Assembly: GCA_045580585.1 (NCBI GenBank)
Contig: JAZNOD010000135.1
Span: 1 to 42,082, forward strand
DNA: 42,082 bases
Source: Eubacteriales bacterium
GTDB taxonomy: Bacteria > Bacillota > Clostridia > Oscillospirales > CAG-272
Reading direction: 5' to 3'
Both the position numbers and the translations under genes were made by a program. The notes under the pieces are model-generated. The model ran no database searches. It was given only the letters and a program-made list of their open reading frames with translations, and had not been told where the DNA came from. Positions 37,506 through 42,082 of the stretch are shown piece by piece. Position 1 is the first letter of the stretch, and each line of letters starts with the position of its first letter.

Positions 37506-37628
37506 CTTTTTACCTCCGATTTGTGATATGAATAGTATTTGTGATTTTCGGGTCTTACATACCTGTCAAAATCTCGTATAGATCACTTCGGAAATGCCGA
37601 AAATAAAAGAGATAACGGAGGTGAAGAT

Positions 37629-39569
37629 ATGAGCAATCGATTGGCAAAGGAAACAAGCCCCTATTTACTTCAACACAAGGATAATCCCGTGGAGTGGTAT
37701 CCTTGGTGCGACGAGGCGTTTGAACTCGCGGCAAGGGAGGACAAGCCCATATTTTTAAGTATCGGATACAGTGCGTGCCATTGGTGTCACGTGCTTGCTC
37801 ACGAGAGCTTTGAGGACGAAGAAATGGCCGAGATTTTGAATAAATATTTTATATCCATCAAGGTTGATAAAGAGGAGCGTCCCGACATTGACAGTGTCTA
37901 TATGGCGGTCTGTCAAGCCTTCACGGGAAGCGGCGGCTGGCCCACCAGCATCTTTATGACGGCAGATCAGAAGCCGTTTTTCGCTGGAACTTATTTTCCC
38001 AAAACCTCACGGGGCGGTATGATAGGCTTTCGGGAGCTACTGCTCGCCATACACGAAAAATGGGTATCCAACCGCGATATGCTCTTGAGGGATTCGGAGA
38101 AAATTATTGAGCATCTGAACAGCTCGGAGAGCGTGTCGGATATAGCGGATATTGATCTAACACACTTGGCAGTGTCGCAATATGAGCGCATCTATGACGC
38201 AAAACACGGCGGATTCGGACGAGCGGCGAAGTTTCCGACACCGCACAATCTGCTCTTTTTGCTCGATTACTACGAGCGTTACAAAACAGCCTCGTGTCTG
38301 AACATGGCGGAGCAAACCCTCTTGCAGATGTATCGCGGTGGAATGTTCGATCACATCGGATTTGGATTCTGCCGCTATTCCACCGACAAAAAGTTTCTTG
38401 CTCCGCATTTCGAGAAAATGCTGTACGACAACGCGCTCCTGATACTCGCCTATTGTAAGGCGTACACGGTAACAAAAAAGGCATTATATCTTGAGATCGC
38501 AGAAAAAACGGCAAGCTATATTCTCCTTGAAATGACCTCCCCCGAAGGCGGATTTTACAGCTCGCAGGACGCCGACAGCGAGGGTGAAGAAGGAAAATAT
38601 TATCTGTTTACGCCCGACGAGATCACAAAGATTCTTGGCACAGAGGACGGAACGCGCTTCAACCGTCATTTTGATATAACGGACGCAGGCAATTTTGAGG
38701 GCAAGAATATCCCGAATCTCTTAAAAAGCGATCCTTCCAATAACAGCTTTGAATCTTTTCTTCCCATGCTTTATGATTACCGAAAAAAGCGATATTCACT
38801 TCACCGCGACGAAAAGATCTTAACGTCGTGGAACAGCCTGATGATCGCCGCTATGTGTGAGCTGTATCTTGTCAGCGGGAAGGAAATATATCTTTCTGCC
38901 GCACAAAACTCAGATAGCTTTATGCAGAAATGTATGTGTGATGGTGATGCGCTCTATGTCAGCTTTTATATGAAAAAACGGGGCGTAAAAGGCTTTATCG
39001 ATGATTACTCCGCGTATGTTTTTGCCCAACTTTCGCTGTATCGCGCCACTTTGGATAGTGAACATTTGAATAGGGCAAAGCGCTTATGCGATAAGGTTAT
39101 ATCGGATTTCGGAGATAATACGGGCGGATTTTATCTGTATGGCAAAGATCACGAGGAGCTGATTTTGCGTCCAAAAGAAACCTACGACGGCGCGATCCCA
39201 AGCGGTAATTCGCTGATGGCGTATAATCTTGTTCGCCTGTCTCTTATTACAGACGAGGAGAAATACAAAATCGAAGCGGAACGGCAGCTTGATTTTCTCG
39301 CGCAAAGCGCAGCACAATATCCCACAAACCACGCTATGTTTTTGAAAGTGCTTTTGGAGCACGACAAGTCGCCAATGAAAGTAACGGTCGTTTCCGATCA
39401 ACAGACAGACAACAGAGGCTTGCCTCTTGCATTTCCACCTGATGCGATCGTCATTTTTTTAGATGCCCCCACAAAAGAATATCCGCTCAAAAACGGCAAG
39501 ACCACTTATTACGTCTGCCGAGGTCAAAGCTGCCTACCGCCAACCAACGACTTGAATGAATTGATTTGA
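37629..39569 (+). CDS. Thioredoxin-domain protein of the YyaL/DUF255 family (thioredoxin-like N-domain plus (alpha/alpha)6 domain)
   Basis: 646 aa. N-terminus [24 protein letters not shown]...[10 protein letters not shown] is characteristic. RBS GGAGGTG. Confidence 0.9.
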   Translation: MSNRLAKETSPYLLQHKDNPVEWYPWCDEAFELAAREDKPIFLSIGYSACHWCHVLAHESFEDEEMAEILNKYFISIKVDKEERPDIDSVYMAVCQAFTGSGGWPTSIFMTADQKPFFAGTYFPKTSRGGMIGFRELLLAIHEKWVSNRDMLLRDSEKIIEHLNSSESVSDIADIDLTHLAVSQYERIYDAKHGGFGRAAKFPTPHNLLFLLDYYERYKTASCLNMAEQTLLQMYRGGMFDHIGFGFCRYSTDKKFLAPHFEKMLYDNALLILAYCKAYTVTKKALYLEIAEKTASYILLEMTSPEGGFYSSQDADSEGEEGKYYLFTPDEITKILGTEDGTRFNRHFDITDAGNFEGKNIPNLLKSDPSNNSFESFLPMLYDYRKKRYSLHRDEKILTSWNSLMIAAMCELYLVSGKEIYLSAAQNSDSFMQKCMCDGDALYVSFYMKKRGVKGFIDDYSAYVFAQLSLYRATLDSEHLNRAKRLCDKVISDFGDNTGGFYLYGKDHEELILRPKETYDGAIPSGNSLMAYNLVRLSLITDEEKYKIEAERQLDFLAQSAAQYPTNHAMFLKVLLEHDKSPMKVTVVSDQQTDNRGLPLAFPPDAIVIFLDAPTKEYPLKNGKTTYYVCRGQSCLPPTNDLNELI

Positions 39570-39606
39570 ATTTGCGAACACTAAATAGAGGAAAGGAGTG
39601 ATTAAT

Positions 39607-39741
39607 ATGTCTGAAAATAAAGATACGAAAAAAGAACAAGAGCCTAAAGATAAAAAGCCTCTTACTAAGCCCGGAGATATCAAGGGTAAGATCGAGGTTC
39701 CCGACACTTGTGAACGCAGAGACGGTCCCGGAGGAAACTGA
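39607..39741 (+). CDS. Small highly charged hypothetical protein (44 aa)
   Basis: AAAGGAG RBS 8 nt upstream. Sequence MSENKDTKKEQEPKDKKPLTKPGDIKGKIEVPDTCERRDGPGGN. A terminator follows. It is below the ORF-track size cutoff. Confidence 0.4.
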   Translation: MSENKDTKKEQEPKDKKPLTKPGDIKGKIEVPDTCERRDGPGGN

Positions 39742-39750
39742 AGCGGATAT

Positions 39751-39796
39751 AAATAAAAAATAACCTCGGCAAGAAAACTCCCTGCCGAGGCTTTCT
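39751..39796. terminator. bidirectional terminator at the junction with the mobile-element genes
   Basis: Stem cctcggca / tgccgagg with an A-rich 5' flank and a T-rich 3' flank. Confidence 0.65.
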
Positions 39797-39799
39797 ACA

Positions 39800-40090
39800 T
39801 TACGCTACATTAGCCGCGCCCGCTTTCTTCTTTGCTTTCTCCTCCTTATCTAATCGTTCCTTTTCCTCATATTCCTCACGCCACTTTTGAAACTTCGTCA
39901 TCTCCTCCTCATTGTCGAAAAATTCGGTGATGATCGGCGTATACATACGCACGATCTTCAGAATCTCGTGTTCGGGAACTTGGGAACGGCAACGGTAACC
40001 GCCCACCTTATTGTCAAGGCAAAAACGCGCCATACATAAAAACCATTTCCATTTACTTATCTTACCCAATAACTCATCCCCTTTCCACAT
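39800..40090 (-). CDS. Hypothetical protein of the mobile-element operon (acidic/lysine-rich C-terminus); start uncertain
   Basis: The ORF runs 39800-40273, but its first 61 codons overlap the ParB-like CDS out of frame. Candidate starts are ATG 40090 or 40033. Neither has a strong RBS. Confidence 0.45.
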   Translation of the reverse strand: MWKGDELLGKISKWKWFLCMARFCLDNKVGGYRCRSQVPEHEILKIVRMYTPIITEFFDNEEEMTKFQKWREEYEEKERLDKEEKAKKKAGAANVA

Positions 40091-40973
40091 CGTCACGGCG
40101 GCGAAGTGAAGGCATTGCACCAACCTCTCGTCTGCGTTCTTCAAGAATCCGCACAATTGCGTCTTCCATCTGCTTGGTGCTATAATTCGGAGGAAAGAAA
40201 CGGGCGATTCTCTCGTAGCTGAATTTGACCGTCTCTCGCTGATTGGCTTTCGGCTTTGCCATAATATCCTCAATGGTATCCGCCGTCAGCTTTCCCTCGC
40301 TGTGAAGTCTTCTGAATCTAACCGTCTGCGCGTAGGAAGGCGTGGCTTCATCTCTCTCAAAGATCTCCGCAACCTTGTCCTGCAATTCGTGCGGCAGATA
40401 GGAAAGCTCCACAGCGGGGGTAAATGCAATTCGTCCGCTATCCACAATATCCATCAACGGCTTTATAAGATTAGTCAAGCGAATATAGCGGAAGACTTGG
40501 TCTCGGCTCTCATTGGTTGCTTTGCCGATCTCGGTGGCAGCATCCCACTTTGTCGCAGGTTGCGACGAGGTTTGACCGTATCGCTGACCTTGACGGTTCA
40601 GCACCTCCATCTTCGCCTTGTAAGCATAGGCTTTCTCGGAAGGTAGTAGATGCTCTCTGTGCAGGTTGGAATCGATCATACAAAGTGTTGCTTCATCGGG
40701 ATCAAGGTCACGGACGATAACGGGAATAGTCTCCACACCAAGCTTCTGACAAGCAGCATAGCGGCGGTGCCCCGACACGATCTCATAACCTCCTCCGCGC
40801 CTCGGTGTTACGATAAGCGGATTGAGGCCTCCGTTCATGTGGATGCTCTCCACAAGCCGTTCCATTTCCTCATCGTCACGGACTTGAAATGGCTGTTCTG
40901 CCCTCGGGTGTACGTTGCGCAGCAGATAATACTGCGTGGTTTCGGTGATCTGTTCTTTTAATTTTTTATACAT
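40074..40973 (-). CDS. ParB-like nuclease/partition-domain protein
   Basis: ParB N-terminal motif IVSGHRRYAACQKLG. ATG 40973 with an AGGAGA RBS lies 1 nt after the relaxase stop. Confidence 0.85.
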   Translation of the reverse strand: MYKKLKEQITETTQYYLLRNVHPRAEQPFQVRDDEEMERLVESIHMNGGLNPLIVTPRRGGGYEIVSGHRRYAACQKLGVETIPVIVRDLDPDEATLCMIDSNLHREHLLPSEKAYAYKAKMEVLNRQGQRYGQTSSQPATKWDAATEIGKATNESRDQVFRYIRLTNLIKPLMDIVDSGRIAFTPAVELSYLPHELQDKVAEIFERDEATPSYAQTVRFRRLHSEGKLTADTIEDIMAKPKANQRETVKFSYERIARFFPPNYSTKQMEDAIVRILEERRREVGAMPSLRRRDDVERG

Positions 40974-40974
40974 T

Positions 40975-42082
40975 TTATCTCTCCTGTTCTTTGTGTTTTT
41001 GTTTGGTTCTATCCGGCACAAGACGTTCCTCGCAAGCCTTTTCGGCAGCTATTACTTTGGCAAGTCTTATCGAATCGGATAAAATATCGTCCGCAAGGTT
41101 CATATCCCTGCGGACGTTCGTCATTTTCTTTGTGATCGCGCTTCGCTCGGCGCTGTTTTTCTGTTTCTCCTCGGGATCGGTAAGACGACGTCTGCGGTTG
41201 TCAACTGCTTTTCTCTCACGCTCCAAATTTTGAAGCTCGGCTTTCCTCTTATCACGGAACGCGGTCACATCCTCGGTGGTGTGGAGCTCGTACCAGCTCA
41301 TGAGGCGGATCTCGCGGCAATAGCGGTCATTGTTGATCGCCTCTTGCGCAAAATACGGTGATGCGATCTCATACTTGGGCGGCATTCTCTGCTCCTTGGC
41401 AAACGGGTCATCATACGGAATCCCCATCAGCTCAAAGAAGATCATAAACAGTATCTCGATAGTGGAATACCGTTCCAGTGCCTTCATCTGCCTTTCAAGC
41501 GCACAAGCTACACGCCTTTGCGGTTTACGGATATGCGGTACTGGCTCCTTGTGGAGATTATCTCGAATGCGTCGCTCAATAGCTTCAAGGGTATAATTTG
41601 CGCCTAAACTGTCAATGCGCACGGGCTTGCTCCAACCCTCGGTGATGACCGAGAGGTGCTTATATTTGCTGTCTCGTACCACAACGTATCCGAGGTATTC
41701 CAAGGCTTGCAAGAAATACTTGTAGCTGATATTGCTTCGTATAGCACGGTCGATATCGTGGTGCAAGATGGAAGCGTGGGTGACCTTGCCTTGCTTTTCT
41801 GCGATCCATATTTGCCTCGGCACTTTCTTCGGCATTGGATTCTCGATGATGGATAATTGATGCTGACGACATAGCTCGTCAGAAACTCGGCGCAGTTGCC
41901 TATAACTGCCTTTCTGCCAACGGTACTTCTTGCCGTCCTTGAAGGATACGCTGTTGATGACAAAATGGTTGTGAAGAGCCGACGAGCCTTTGACGTGAGT
42001 TGCCACAATGACTTCAAAGCGATCTCCCCACATTCGGTTGGCGGTCTCCACCCCGATCTTGTGACATTCCTCGGGTGTTAGC
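40975..42082 (-). CDS. MobA/VirD2-family relaxase (partial; N-terminus beyond the window end)
   Basis: The frame stays open to the window edge (..LTPEECHKIGVETANRMWGDRFEVIVATHVKGSSALHNHFVINSV). It contains the relaxase HxH metal-binding motif context and a long coiled-coil C-terminal half. Confidence 0.85.
   Translation of the reverse strand, partial: LTPEECHKIGVETANRMWGDRFEVIVATHVKGSSALHNHFVINSVSFKDGKKYRWQKGSYRQLRRVSDELCRQHQLSIIENPMPKKVPRQIWIAEKQGKVTHASILHHDIDRAIRSNISYKYFLQALEYLGYVVVRDSKYKHLSVITEGWSKPVRIDSLGANYTLEAIERRIRDNLHKEPVPHIRKPQRRVACALERQMKALERYSTIEILFMIFFELMGIPYDDPFAKEQRMPPKYEIASPYFAQEAINNDRYCREIRLMSWYELHTTEDVTAFRDKRKAELQNLERERKAVDNRRRRLTDPEEKQKNSAERSAITKKMTNVRRDMNLADDILSDSIRLAKVIAAEKACEERLVPDRTKQKHKEQER

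Larger units (their letters stand above)
39800..42082 (-). mobile_element. Edge of an integrated conjugative or mobilizable element (relaxase, ParB-like and small-ORF operon), continuing beyond the window
   Basis: The gene content is typical of Firmicutes ICE/IME transfer modules. Neither an integrase nor an att site is visible in the window. Confidence 0.6.

Noticed and set aside
37519-37545. Direct repeat ATTTGTGAT x2 in the divergent promoter region, considered as a Rex, CRP/FNR or PerR operator.
   Set aside because: It is not palindromic and matches none of those consensus sites well enough to call. It is mentioned only as context in the redox-cluster finding.
39792-39812. Short direct repeat CTACATTA x2 near the element junction, considered as an att core.
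   Set aside because: It is only 8 nt long, overlaps the stop codon region of the last element gene, and has no second copy visible in the window.
39800-40273. Full 157-aa version of the last mobile-element ORF.
   Set aside because: Its first 61 codons overlap the well-supported ParB-like CDS in another frame. Only the distal roughly 96 codons are plausible.

Overview
This is a chromosomal segment of a Firmicutes/Clostridia-type anaerobe. That assignment is an inference from GGAGG ribosome-binding sites, TTGACA-17-TATAAT promoters, a T-box leader, a Cheo-type LexA box and an SLH-domain protein. From left to right the window holds: a partial DUF1538 membrane protein; a complete F-type ATP synthase operon (atpIBEFHAGDC, minus strand); an MsbA-like ABC exporter; a divergent AraC regulator and GH4 glycosidase pair; a T-box-controlled aspS-gatCAB operon; a secreted transglutaminase-like SLH protein; dinB with a LexA box; a GpsA-like dehydrogenase; a cyclophilin lipoprotein; and an acyltransferase plus GltS-like transporter pair. 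The most unusual region is 25.4-34.9 kb. It is a head-to-tail array of six full-length paralogs, plus one C-terminal relic, of an unassigned ~480-aa cytoplasmic protein. All copies share the N-terminus MENKKWYE..NRDPDW and the motifs RMNDCH, DF.REP.C.DY and PGIE. Four copies are intact. One carries TGA in place of the invariant Trp codon, and one carries a 1-nt frameshift. The array is split into separate units, each with its own promoter and terminator. After it come tRNA-Pro(UGG), a redox/oxidative-stress cluster (Mn catalase, FAD/Rieske oxidoreductase with an overlooked coupled 59-aa ORF, YyaL-like thioredoxin-domain protein), a 44-aa charged ORF, and the edge of a conjugative or mobilizable element (ParB-like protein and relaxase) that runs off the window. 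Other notable points are a GatA homolog lacking both catalytic serines, a two-carboxylate Na+-type c-subunit motif, and an epsilon subunit that has only the N-terminal domain. All family calls come from motif recognition by eye. No database searches were run.
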